From positions 357,883-421,882 of the forward strand of contig JBAZJK010000001.1 of NCBI GenBank assembly GCA_041651355.1: a stretch of DNA of 64,000 nt, in the 5' to 3' direction. The position numbers and the translations under genes are program-made. Under the pieces are notes generated by a model. The model did not search any database. It was given only the letters and a program-made list of their open reading frames with translations, and was not told the DNA's origin. This document shows, one piece after another, positions 1 through 8,632 of the stretch. The number at the start of each line of letters is the position of its first letter. Within the stretch, counting starts at the first letter, position 1. This DNA comes from Patescibacteria group bacterium (GTDB lineage Bacteria > Patescibacteriota > Patescibacteriia > Patescibacteriales > UBA12465).

Positions 1-1224
1 TTGCCAATTAACAGTTACGACATAGGGAATAGTTGTTGTTGCTTCGACGTCGCCCAAAGTAGGCGACCAATAGGCCGCTAAGTGTCCAATAATGTCATAT
101 TGGACATAACCAGTTGTTGAGGCATTTCCAGTTAAAGTGAAATAACTGTTTCCATTTGATTTACTAGTAAAAAATCCAGTGCTATCAATAATGGTACTTG
201 TGGCGATAAATGTACTAGTTGTCCAATCAGGGCTTATCTCTCTTATTTCTATATAATCGTAAGGAGTGAATATATTTTCGTTATATAGATAACGAACAAT
301 AGCGGTTGATTGGTTAGAAAATGTGTAAGGATTAGAAAAGAAAAATAAATTTATTGAATCACCAGAATTAGGATTATTGGCACATTCGCCACAATCACTA
401 GGACAAGTAGAGCAATTTTCGCTAATTGTTTGGCAGAGAGTATCACCGCAATATTCCGCTGGTGTAAAAGTTAAATTATTTAAGCCACCAGCGTGAACGT
501 ATATTTGAGCAACTTCTATATCGCTTAAAGTTTTATCCCAGACAGCAAAGTCGTCGTAAATATAAGTATTGCCAGCCCAGTTATTTGGATAAAAATATAT
601 CGCTCCGATATTTCCGTAATTTTGTGTAACGCTTAAATCAGCATCCCATTTCCTTACTCCATCAACATAAAGAACCTGGTGATTAGCGGTAAAAGTTAAA
701 GTGATCAAGTGCCAACCGGCAGCGTAATTAGGAAAAGAATAATTGCCCGATGGATTGGCAATTAAATTAGAATTCCAAGTCGGGCTTTCGTTAATGTAGG
801 CATTACTATAAACTTGAGGCTTGACCGGCCAACGACCATCGTTGACATGATCGGCACACAAATAAACAATCATTTGATTGTTTGTATTTTTTACTTCAAA
901 ACAATCGGCATTGTTGTTATAGTATTGCCAAAAGGAAATAGAAAAATTATTTCCTTGACTGATATTTAAGCCGGTTACATTAACGTTATTCCAAGACTGA
1001 GCTACGTTTAATGACCAATTGTCAGAAAAATTCCAGGGATTACTGCCGTTATAACCAAAATTATTCCCACTAATACTGCTGATTTTATCGACATTGGTAT
1101 TATTAAAATCCCAGTATAATAAAAGGGAATCATCATAAACAGCTTTTACTTGTTTACTGCTTAAAATAAATAAACCAATTATTAAAGTTAAGCAGTATAT
1201 AATTTTATTTATTTTATTTTTCAT
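1..1224 (-). CDS. Secreted LamG (concanavalin-A-like lectin) domain protein with its C-terminus outside the window. Candidate adsorption/minor-coat (pIII-position) protein.
   Basis: Not in the ORF track because no stop lies in the window. My own translation starts from the ATG at 1224. It reads MKNKINKIIYCLTLIIGLFILSSKQVKA (signal peptide), then AGWHLITLTFTANHQVLYVDGVRKWD and YDDFAVWDKTLSDIEVAQIY (LamG hallmarks), then Cys-rich CGDTLCQTISENCSTCPSDCGEC. The translated stretch 481-1224 has no stop; 1-480 was read less closely. Confidence 0.6.
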   Translation of the reverse strand, partial: MKNKINKIIYCLTLIIGLFILSSKQVKAVYDDSLLLYWDFNNTNVDKISSISGNNFGYNGSNPWNFSDNWSLNVAQSWNNVNVTGLNISQGNNFSISFWQYYNNNADCFEVKNTNNQMIVYLCADHVNDGRWPVKPQVYSNAYINESPTWNSNLIANPSGNYSFPNYAAGWHLITLTFTANHQVLYVDGVRKWDADLSVTQNYGNIGAIYFYPNNWAGNTYIYDDFAVWDKTLSDIEVAQIYVHAGGLNNLTFTPAEYCGDTLCQTISENCSTCPSDCGECANNPNSGDSINLFFFSNPYTFSNQSTAIVRYLYNENIFTPYDYIEIREISPDWTTSTFIATSTIIDSTGFFTSKSNGNSYFTLTGNASTTGYVQYDIIGHLAAYWSPTLGDVEATTTIPYVVTVNWQ

Positions 1225-1378
1225 CTTTTTGGTTCGTTATTTCTCGCCAATTCTTATAAATCTCATCTAGCTTGAGCCGGTCGTGATAAAGCCTGGGCTC
1301 GGTGTATGTTTTATAAAACTGATAATCCAAATGGACGAGAATAGCTATTAAAATCACGAGTAAAATATTAGTAAACAT
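1214..1378 (-). CDS. Small membrane protein (54 aa)
   Basis: My own translation is MFTNILLVILIAILVHLDYQFYKTYTEPRLYHDRLKLDEIYKNWREITNQKDEK. Its stop overlaps the LamG start (GATGAAAAATAA). It is below the ORF-track size cutoff. Confidence 0.4.
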   Translation of the reverse strand: MFTNILLVILIAILVHLDYQFYKTYTEPRLYHDRLKLDEIYKNWREITNQKDEK

Positions 1379-1432
1379 AAAATTAATTTAAGAAAGGAGT
1401 TTTCGCCCCGCCGGTTAAAGCGGGGCGATAAA

Positions 1433-1690
1433 CTATTTGATCGTGCCCCTGATTTTCTTCACGCCCCACATGATACCCTTGATAATCAAGGTTAGAGTGA
1501 TGACGGCGCCGAACACTCCGAGGATATAAGGGATAAACGCATAAGCGTTATCCTTTAATAAACTGGTGGTGCTAGCTAAAGAATTCGTCAGGTCCGGATC
1601 GGCGGCCGCATGAGCGAAATTGGTGCTTAAACCAAGCGCGCCTAAGAAAGCCATAAATCCGATTCCAATCTTCTTAAACATAATTTTCAC
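1433..1690 (-). CDS. Inovirus major-coat-protein-like (pVIII-like) small protein
   Basis: The signal peptide ends AHA. The mature ~57 aa begins acidic (AADPDLTNSL), has one hydrophobic helix (YILGVFGAVITLTLII) and a basic C-terminal tail (KGIMWGVKKIRGTIK). This is the same architecture as Ff pVIII. Confidence 0.55.
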   Translation of the reverse strand: MKIMFKKIGIGFMAFLGALGLSTNFAHAAADPDLTNSLASTTSLLKDNAYAFIPYILGVFGAVITLTLIIKGIMWGVKKIRGTIK

Positions 1691-1704
1691 CCCCTTTCTA
1701 GTCT

Positions 1705-1806
1705 TTATTTTCGATTGTTAATAAAGAACGGAATAAGAATAAGACCGACGAATCCTGCCCACAAACACCACTTTAATACTTCATTTACTGCTTCAAATTC
1801 GGTCAT
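1705..1806 (-). CDS. Tiny hydrophobic protein (33 aa), pVII/pIX-position
   Basis: My own translation is MTEFEAVNEVLKWCLWAGFVGLILIPFFINNRK. It is packed between neighbours with a 1-nt gap. Confidence 0.4.
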   Translation of the reverse strand: MTEFEAVNEVLKWCLWAGFVGLILIPFFINNRK

Positions 1807-1807
1807 A

Positions 1808-1909
1808 TTATTTCAAACTATCTTTTATCTTTCTTAATCCCCAAATTATTAAGATGATAATAATTAAGGGTGTATAGATCTGCAAAAATTCAATGCCATT
1901 TATTTCCAT
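1808..1909 (-). CDS. Tiny hydrophobic protein (33 aa), pVII/pIX-position
   Basis: My own translation is MEINGIEFLQIYTPLIIIILIIWGLRKIKDSLK. Its start overlaps the upstream stop (ATGGAAATAA). Confidence 0.4.
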   Translation of the reverse strand: MEINGIEFLQIYTPLIIIILIIWGLRKIKDSLK

Positions 1910-2067
1910 ATTTTTTTAGCTACGTAAATTATGATAATTGCGCCCAAGGCTATTTTTACGAAGAAAAATAAGCCGGCGATTGGCAATACGAAAGTAGCGC
2001 TTAAATTTACAATATTGTCAGCGCTGTCTAAAACTTGATAATGGAATAAAATTTCATTGAAATTCAT
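1900..2067 (-). CDS. Small membrane protein (55 aa)
   Basis: My own translation is MNFNEILFHYQVLDSADNIVNLSATFVLPIAGLFFFVKIALGAIIIIYVAKKIWK. Confidence 0.4.
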   Translation of the reverse strand: MNFNEILFHYQVLDSADNIVNLSATFVLPIAGLFFFVKIALGAIIIIYVAKKIWK

Positions 2068-2131
2068 AATAGTTAATTAGAGATTGGAGCGGACTTACAG
2101 GACATAAATCATTCCTTGCCGCCCCATATTT

Positions 2132-2404
2132 CTATTTTTTATCGTTTGCATTTCCTGGAACGTAAATAGAAAGATAAGCTCTTTGTCTTACCCCATCGAC
2201 ATAGCAATAGGGATAAACACTAACTTCCATTTCTACTTCTGAGCCAACTTGCCCAAAATCTTGATCCAACGGTACATTTACCTTTACCGGGTAAATACTG
2301 CCCAAGGGGTCAATGAATAACGAGCGAACAAGGCCGGGAACTCCGTCTTTGCTGACAAAATCTTTTGTTTTGTCATCTTTAATTTTTCCTTTTAAAATAA
2401 ACAT
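2132..2404 (-). CDS. Candidate ssDNA-binding protein (Ff gene V-like size and position)
   Basis: It is 90 aa. SIYPVKVNVPLDQDFGQ resembles the gVp segment EYPVLVKITLDEGQ. It sits immediately upstream of the tiny TM genes and coat-like gene, as in the Ff order gV-gVII-gIX-gVIII-gIII. Confidence 0.4.
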   Translation of the reverse strand: MFILKGKIKDDKTKDFVSKDGVPGLVRSLFIDPLGSIYPVKVNVPLDQDFGQVGSEVEMEVSVYPYCYVDGVRQRAYLSIYVPGNANDKK

Positions 2405-2567
2405 AGTTTTATTATTCTTTTATTTATTATTCTGCCCCCGACCTTTATCTGGCAGTTTACGCTCATATCATAGATAAAGATGGTTCTGAAAAGTTCCTGT
2501 ACCATTTTTCAGAACAACAAAAAAAGACCTGTTTTACAGGCCTTTTTAGTGATATTTTTTCAGAACT
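2405..2567 (-). other. Hairpin-rich intergenic region
   Basis: GTTCTGAAAA (2482-2491) can pair with TTTTCAGAAC at 2505-2514 or with a second copy at 2557-2566. CTTTATCT/AGATAAAG and CTGCC/GGCAG stems are interleaved. Confidence 0.4.
2519..2547 (-). terminator. Intrinsic terminator after the 269-aa gene
   Basis: The minus-strand RNA is GGCCUGU-AAA-ACAGGUC followed by U7. Confidence 0.6.
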
Positions 2568-3377
2568 TTAGATGTATTTTTTATTTAATTTAACTTTTCC
2601 TTTTCGTCCGGTATTGAAAACTAGGAAGTCTTTAATTTTAAGAACATCTTCAATTTTCTTATTAACTTCAAAGCAAATATTATGATACCTTTTCCAACGC
2701 CTTCGGTTTTCCTTATATTCATCAAAGTCATCAAACTCATCTTCGGCTATTTCTGAGTAAAAGAAATCATCATCTAAATTATCTTTATTATCAATAAAGA
2801 TATATTTAAGCAATTTATGAGCATTTCCAATTTTATCTTGTTTGCCAATAGGAATCTTTTGTCCCTTTAGCCACAAAATACTTCTTTTCTCGTCAAAATA
2901 GGTTTTTTTATCATCCTCGTCTTCGCTTAGGAAGCTTTTTTGATCGAGTTGCTCAAAAATATTACTATTTATGACCTTAAAAGAGAGTTTAAGAGAATCT
3001 TTAGAATAGGGCTTAGAGAAAAGACGGCATAAATCATCAAATTCCTTTTTTTCTGGTATTTTACACTCCTTAATCTTCTTCATCCGGCTATATATGATTT
3101 TGAGGTTAGAATAATATACCCAAAATTCGTTAGTATGAATAACCTCGCTTTGAACATTGAGGAATTTATCCTCATTTAGCTCTTGTCCGGCCTCGCCCAT
3201 AATTTCGGCCGTATTATCGAATATCTTTTGCAAAATATCTTTAGTTATTGGGTCTTTATCAATAAGGGTAATATATTTATAAATAATAACGAAACGCTGA
3301 AAAATGTTATTTTCTATACAAAAAAGCCTAGTTAAATCCAGCATTTTTTCTTTAACTGCTGAGCAATAGGCTTTCAT
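2568..3377 (-). CDS. Hypothetical protein; its C-terminal ~100 aa is paralogous to ORF 14504-15466
   Basis: A 269-aa ORF. Shared C-terminal blocks are SILWLKGQKIPIG / SLLNIRGEEIKIA, FYSEI / FSEI, W..Y/F.H..C, NKKIE and DFL. A 9-bp perfect hairpin, AATATTCCC...GGGAATATT, lies just upstream (3399-3428). Confidence 0.5.
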   Translation of the reverse strand: MKAYCSAVKEKMLDLTRLFCIENNIFQRFVIIYKYITLIDKDPITKDILQKIFDNTAEIMGEAGQELNEDKFLNVQSEVIHTNEFWVYYSNLKIIYSRMKKIKECKIPEKKEFDDLCRLFSKPYSKDSLKLSFKVINSNIFEQLDQKSFLSEDEDDKKTYFDEKRSILWLKGQKIPIGKQDKIGNAHKLLKYIFIDNKDNLDDDFFYSEIAEDEFDDFDEYKENRRRWKRYHNICFEVNKKIEDVLKIKDFLVFNTGRKGKVKLNKKYI

Positions 3378-3605
3378 ATGATTTCTGCTTTTAAAATATT
3401 CCCGCCTTTTGAGCAGGGAATATTGGTTATTTTATGTAAATTTGTCAAGATGTCATGTTTTTATGGAAATTTTATATTCATATTATGCTTATTATAGATT
3501 AAATTTGGAAGTGAGACAAGTTGATAGAAATCGAGCTATTTTTGCTGTTATTATAATAAAAAATATGTTAATATTAAATTATTAATTAAAGCTATTGTAA
3601 TTAAT

Positions 3606-4763
3606 ATGACAATTTTAGAGTTGGTAAATTTAAGAAATATCAGGGCATTGCTTGCCGTCTTTTTTAATTTAGTAGACGACGATGAGACATATTTTTATAT
3701 TAAATCTGAATATAGGGATTCAGCATTTGCTCCAGCACGTTTAAATAGTTTTAATTATTTAACACTAAATACTAGTTTAAACTCGTACTTTAATTTAAAC
3801 TTTGAATCATTATCTCTTGGCAAGCATTTGGTAAAAATAACAAAAACATCAGAAATAAATACTTCTGAAAAGTTTTTAGCAGAAATTTATAAACAAATTC
3901 AATTATTGAGTTTTGATATTGAAACAGAAAAATACGAAGAAGCAATTTTATTATCATTATTTATTTTACGTGGCAGCCCGGATTTTACTGCTAAATATTA
4001 TGCTGTAGATATTTATAGAAAATATTCATCAAAAGAATATATAAGAAATATTTTTCAGATTCTTTCTGGTATATCAGCTATTTCTCAATTAAATTTAAAT
4101 TTTAGAGAGCTTCAGCCTCAATTTACAGCAGGTAGAAACTTAAGAAATACTCAAATCCGAATTAAACTCGGTTGGTTTTGGGAAAAATTCGGAGAAAAGA
4201 TAAGAGAAATTAATAATTATAAATATTCAATATTAAATAACAATACTGATAAAATTTCAGAACCATCAATAAGTATTGGCAATTTTTCCGATAGATTAGT
4301 TGAGTATTTAAATAATATACTTGGAGAAGAAAATCATAATATAGATATAAAAAGAGAAAGACAACGCCTTGGTCTTGAGGCTAGTGGGGCGGAAGCAAGA
4401 GATTTCAGTTTAAAAACAATAGCTAATAATATTTTTCCAGACGAATGCATGGCATGTAAAACTCGGTTTAACACTAATACAAGAACTTTTAAATTACGCA
4501 ACCAAGATAAACACTATTTTGAAATACACCATATTATCCCATTTAGTAAGGGGAAGGAGCATGATCAAATAGATAATTTAGCGAAAATTTGCCCTGTTTG
4601 TCATAGAATTTTGACAAAGAATAGAGCTGAAGAAGCTTTGCAAAAACAAACAATCAAAGACATCTTAGAAAGCTCTGAAAATGCTCAAAAATATGTAAGT
4701 ATTTTAATTGGCGATACAAACATAAATAATATAGTCGATTTTGTATATATGAAATTAGCATAG
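3606..4763 (+). CDS. HNH-motif endonuclease, putative restriction enzyme
   Basis: The C-terminal motif is CMACKTRF...FEIHHIIPFSKGKEHDQIDNLAKICPVCHRILTKN. It lies directly upstream of a DNA methyltransferase. Confidence 0.6.
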   Translation: MTILELVNLRNIRALLAVFFNLVDDDETYFYIKSEYRDSAFAPARLNSFNYLTLNTSLNSYFNLNFESLSLGKHLVKITKTSEINTSEKFLAEIYKQIQLLSFDIETEKYEEAILLSLFILRGSPDFTAKYYAVDIYRKYSSKEYIRNIFQILSGISAISQLNLNFRELQPQFTAGRNLRNTQIRIKLGWFWEKFGEKIREINNYKYSILNNNTDKISEPSISIGNFSDRLVEYLNNILGEENHNIDIKRERQRLGLEASGAEARDFSLKTIANNIFPDECMACKTRFNTNTRTFKLRNQDKHYFEIHHIIPFSKGKEHDQIDNLAKICPVCHRILTKNRAEEALQKQTIKDILESSENAQKYVSILIGDTNINNIVDFVYMKLA

Positions 4764-4852
4764 TTAATCTAAAATACTATTGCATTATTTTTTCAGCACT
4801 AGTATAATAGAAATTGAGGAACGAAAAATTACTCCCTCAATCAATAAAAACT

Positions 4853-6649
4853 ATGAAATTTCAAATATTAGACTTGTTTTCCGGTGCCGGTGGATTATCT
4901 TTTGGCTTGGAAATGAATAATAATTTTAAAACTGTAGTTGCTACAGATTTTTTTAAAAGTTCTCTGGATACTCTTAAACACAATGCGCCAGATGTAGAAA
5001 TTATTTTTGGTGATATTTTAAATAAAAATATCAAGAAAAAAATCATTGATGAATCAAAAAGAAGAAATGTAAATATGGTGGTTGGCGGCCCACCTTGCCA
5101 GGGGTTTAGTAATAAAGGAAAAAAACTAGGATTAAAGGATCCAAGAAATTTCTTATTTCTTGAATATTTAGATATAGTTAAAGAACTAAAACCGGAAATT
5201 TTTATTATAGAAAATGTAAAGACGTTAACAACCGCATCAAATGGTTATTTTATAAATGAAATACAGGAAAAATTTAGAAATTTGGGATATATTGTTTCTT
5301 ATCAAGTATTAAAAGCGAGCGATTATGGTGTTCCACAAAGTCGCGAAAGAACTTTTATTATTGGATCAAGAACTTTAGCTTTTAATTTTAGTACATTAAA
5401 AAAAACCAACAAGACGATAACTGTTAAAGATGCTATTTCTGATTTGCACTATCTAAATTCAGGCGAAGGTGAGATTGTTATGGATTATATAAACAAACCT
5501 CAATCTCTATATCAAAAAATTATTCGAAAAGGCTCAAAAAAATTATATAATCATACTGCAACAACTCATTCAAAAATTGCAGTATATAAGCTATCTTTAA
5601 TACCAGCAGAAAAAGGAAAAGAATTTTTACCGCAAAAATTGCTTGGTAATCAAAAATTCAAAACAACCTGGTGTCGCTTGGAATGGAATAAAGTTAGTCC
5701 CACAATAGACACTCGTTTTGACACGCCGTCAAATGGTAAAAATTCACACCCGGTACTTAATAGGGCAATAACACCACGTGAAGCAGCAAGAATCCAAAGT
5801 TTTCCGGACAGTTTTGAATTTTTAGGAAGTAAAACTGAAATATGTAGGCAAATTGGAAATGCCGTCCCACCTTTACTGGCAAAAGCAATTGCTGATTCTA
5901 TAGAATTACAATACACAAAGAAAAAGAATTTAGAAAATAAAAAATGCAAAATATATTGTGATGATGCATATAATAAAATACACGAATTTCATAAAATCGG
6001 TCTGATTGTTGATCATATAATAACCGATCCGCCATATAACATTTCACAGAATAATAATTTTTCAACGATGAAATCGGCAAATCGCCAAGGTGTCGATTTT
6101 GGTGAATGGGATAAAGATTTTGATTTAACTGGTTGGATTAAAAATTATGAGAAAATTTTAAGTAAAAACGGATCAATGATAATATTCTGTTCCTATAGAT
6201 TTATTAGTAAGATTATAGATGCATTAGAGAATAGTGAATTAATTGTAAAAGATATCTTGGAATGGCGAAAATCAAACCCAATGCCTCGAAATATAGATAG
6301 GCGTTATGTCCAAGATACCGAGTTTGCAGTTTGGGCTGTCAAAAAAGGCGCTAAATGGATTTTTAATAAATCGAAAGACGAATCCTATTTGAGAGCGCAA
6401 TTTATTGCTCCAGTAGTAGCCGGAAAAGAGAGAACCGAGCACCCCACCCAAAAAAGTTTATTTGTTATGGAAAAATTAATAAAAATTCATACAAACCCAG
6501 GTGAAGTAATTCTTGATCCTTTTATGGGCAGTGGGACTACTGGCGTCGCTGCTCTTAAAAATAATCGTAATTTTATTGGAATAGAATTAGATAATAAATA
6601 CTTTGATTTAAGTTTAAACCGATTATCCGCTTTTAACAATGAAGATTAA
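4853..6649 (+). CDS. Fused DNA methyltransferase: N-terminal cytosine-C5 MTase plus C-terminal beta-class N4-cytosine/N6-adenine MTase
   Basis: C5 motifs are DLFSGAGGLSFG (I), GGPPCQGFS (IV), ENV (VI), QSRER (VIII) and GNAVPP (X). The C-terminal half has ITDPPYNI (IV) followed by DPFMGSGTTGVAA (I). The track ORF starts at TTG 4814; the ATG at 4853 is a more likely start. Confidence 0.85.
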   Translation: MKFQILDLFSGAGGLSFGLEMNNNFKTVVATDFFKSSLDTLKHNAPDVEIIFGDILNKNIKKKIIDESKRRNVNMVVGGPPCQGFSNKGKKLGLKDPRNFLFLEYLDIVKELKPEIFIIENVKTLTTASNGYFINEIQEKFRNLGYIVSYQVLKASDYGVPQSRERTFIIGSRTLAFNFSTLKKTNKTITVKDAISDLHYLNSGEGEIVMDYINKPQSLYQKIIRKGSKKLYNHTATTHSKIAVYKLSLIPAEKGKEFLPQKLLGNQKFKTTWCRLEWNKVSPTIDTRFDTPSNGKNSHPVLNRAITPREAARIQSFPDSFEFLGSKTEICRQIGNAVPPLLAKAIADSIELQYTKKKNLENKKCKIYCDDAYNKIHEFHKIGLIVDHIITDPPYNISQNNNFSTMKSANRQGVDFGEWDKDFDLTGWIKNYEKILSKNGSMIIFCSYRFISKIIDALENSELIVKDILEWRKSNPMPRNIDRRYVQDTEFAVWAVKKGAKWIFNKSKDESYLRAQFIAPVVAGKERTEHPTQKSLFVMEKLIKIHTNPGEVILDPFMGSGTTGVAALKNNRNFIGIELDNKYFDLSLNRLSAFNNED

Positions 6650-6683
6650 GATCATTTTTTTATTTTTAAATATATAATTTAAA

Positions 6684-6863
6684 ATGAGTAAAAAATCCAT
6701 AGAATTTCATGTTAAGAGTAATGATTATTTTGGCACATTAGCGACTGTCTTAAGTTTAATAAAGCAAACTCCGGAAAATATTGAAAAACATATCAAATCT
6801 TTTAATAAGTTAGAAAAAGATTTACTTTATTTACAAAATAATTATAAAATTGTTAGAAAATAG
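6684..6863 (+). CDS. Possible small ORF (59 aa)
   Basis: My own translation is MSKKSIEFHVKSNDYFGTLATVLSLIKQTPENIEKHIKSFNKLEKDLLYLQNNYKIVRK. It fills the gap between the MTase and the DUF262 gene. Confidence 0.25.
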   Translation: MSKKSIEFHVKSNDYFGTLATVLSLIKQTPENIEKHIKSFNKLEKDLLYLQNNYKIVRK

Positions 6864-6868
6864 TCTAT

Positions 6869-8116
6869 ATGAAAATTCAAGATTTTATAAATAATCGTCA
6901 TAAATATATTGTCGATCAAACATACCAGAGACCGGAGGGCGCTTGGTCAAAAGAAGATAACCAGTGTTTGATAGACACTATATTAAAGGGGGAGCCGATT
7001 CCTTTATTTTTTTTCAACTTAAAATCAAACGAAGACAAATATTATATTGTTGATGGACAACAGAGATTACATGCAATTAAACTCTTTTATGATAATAAGT
7101 TAAAGCTTAATGGCAAATTTTCTGGAGATGAAAATCATGGAAAAACTTTTAATGGTGAAAATCCTATTTACGATGATTTAAGAGAAAAATTTTTAAATTA
7201 TAGCTTAAGTATTCATATTATTGAGGACTATGATGATGAAAAAATACGAGTAATATTTTCAAGGCTTCAAAGGGGAAAGCCGCTTACTCTGGGCGAGAGA
7301 CTAAATGCGATGCCTGGAGAAATAGTAAATGTTTTGCGAGATATTTCTAAGCATCCCTTTATGGCAAGATCTATCGCAGTGACACAGGGCAGATATGGCA
7401 ATTATGCGGATGCAGCAAGAATTCTTTTCTATGAAATATATGGTGCAAAGGATGCCGGTACGCCATATTTATTAGAATTTTTTGAAGAAAAAAAAGACCT
7501 GAATAAAGAAAGTACAGCTTATAAAAATTTAATTAAAACATTAAACTTTTTGGATAAATGTTTTCCATCAGAAAAAGGATCTTATAGATACTTAAGTAAA
7601 CACGTTTGGGTTTTAACAGTCTACACAATGATTAGGGAACTAATGAAGGGGTATGTACTAACCGGGCATGAAGAAGAAATAAGAGAATTTGTAGTCAAAT
7701 TTCATAGTAAAATATATTCTGAAGATCATCGAAGTTCTAATGCTAGTTATCAGAAATTTTACGATAACGCTAGAGGCGGATGGGCAGAGAGACTTACGGA
7801 ATTAAGAAGATCAATTATTTTAAAAGAATTTTTGAATAAGCATGAATTACTACAGAAAGATGAAAATAGACAAATTAATGATATAGACAAAATTGCTGTG
7901 TTTGATAAATATGATGGTATTTGCCAAGGTTGTGGTATAAAATTTAAAGATCATGGTGAGCCCGATTATCACCATAAGGAGCTTTATTCATTGGGTGGTA
8001 AAACGAGCACGGAAAATATTACAATTCTTTGTAGGGGTTGCCATCACAAGATACATGGTTCAGAAAAAATAGAATTAACAACTCAAGAGGAGGAAGCCGA
8101 GTTTGATAATGAATAG
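6869..8116 (+). CDS. DUF262 (ParB-like nuclease N-terminal) plus C-terminal HNH protein; GmrSD/type IV restriction-like
   Basis: Motifs are YIVDGQQRLHAIKLF (DUF262 DGQQR) and C-terminal CQGCGIKF...DYHHKELYSLGGKTSTENITILCRGCHHKIHG. Confidence 0.65.
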   Translation: MKIQDFINNRHKYIVDQTYQRPEGAWSKEDNQCLIDTILKGEPIPLFFFNLKSNEDKYYIVDGQQRLHAIKLFYDNKLKLNGKFSGDENHGKTFNGENPIYDDLREKFLNYSLSIHIIEDYDDEKIRVIFSRLQRGKPLTLGERLNAMPGEIVNVLRDISKHPFMARSIAVTQGRYGNYADAARILFYEIYGAKDAGTPYLLEFFEEKKDLNKESTAYKNLIKTLNFLDKCFPSEKGSYRYLSKHVWVLTVYTMIRELMKGYVLTGHEEEIREFVVKFHSKIYSEDHRSSNASYQKFYDNARGGWAERLTELRRSIILKEFLNKHELLQKDENRQINDIDKIAVFDKYDGICQGCGIKFKDHGEPDYHHKELYSLGGKTSTENITILCRGCHHKIHGSEKIELTTQEEEAEFDNE

Positions 8117-8609
8117 TTCAAATTACAATATGGAAATATCGCCAATACACGACCCAAAAAGTTTTATTTCTCAAGTACTTATTGAAGAAATAGGAAATAT
8201 TAGTATATCTAACGTTTATTTAAGTTTTGTTCTTATATCTATAGGTATAGAGTTTTTGGGCAAATGTATCGATGACGGAACAAGTGATTGGAGTACAAGC
8301 GGTAAATCAGAAATACATTTTAATTTAGCTATCTCAGAGTTGATGCCAATGTATAGACCTTATAATCTCTATAGACTTTTAAGATGTGGCTTATCTCATT
8401 CCTTAGCACCCCAAGACGGACTAGCTCTATCTGAAAGTAAAAATAATACGATTCATTTAACGATTAAATCTGATGGAACCTTAGTTTTAAATATTGAAAA
8501 TTTTTATAATGATTTTAAAAATGCTTGTATGATTGTAATAAATAATATTGATAAAAATTTTTATAAAAATAAAAAAATATATCAACCATTTCTGGTAAGC
8601 AAGAGCTAA
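8109..8609 (+). CDS. Hypothetical protein, overlaps the DUF262-HNH gene end
   Basis: The track ORF is 8103-8609, with an ATG at 8109. No recognisable motif. Confidence 0.45.
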   Translation: MNSSNYNMEISPIHDPKSFISQVLIEEIGNISISNVYLSFVLISIGIEFLGKCIDDGTSDWSTSGKSEIHFNLAISELMPMYRPYNLYRLLRCGLSHSLAPQDGLALSESKNNTIHLTIKSDGTLVLNIENFYNDFKNACMIVINNIDKNFYKNKKIYQPFLVSKS

Positions 8610-8632
8610 ATTGAGTTATTTGTGCACGAAAT

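Noticed and set aside
4861-6080. Antisense ORFs inside the methyltransferase gene (4861-5046, 5650-5949, 5898-6080)
   Set aside because: The plus-strand frame carries the full set of MTase motifs. These are shadow ORFs typical of AT-rich DNA.
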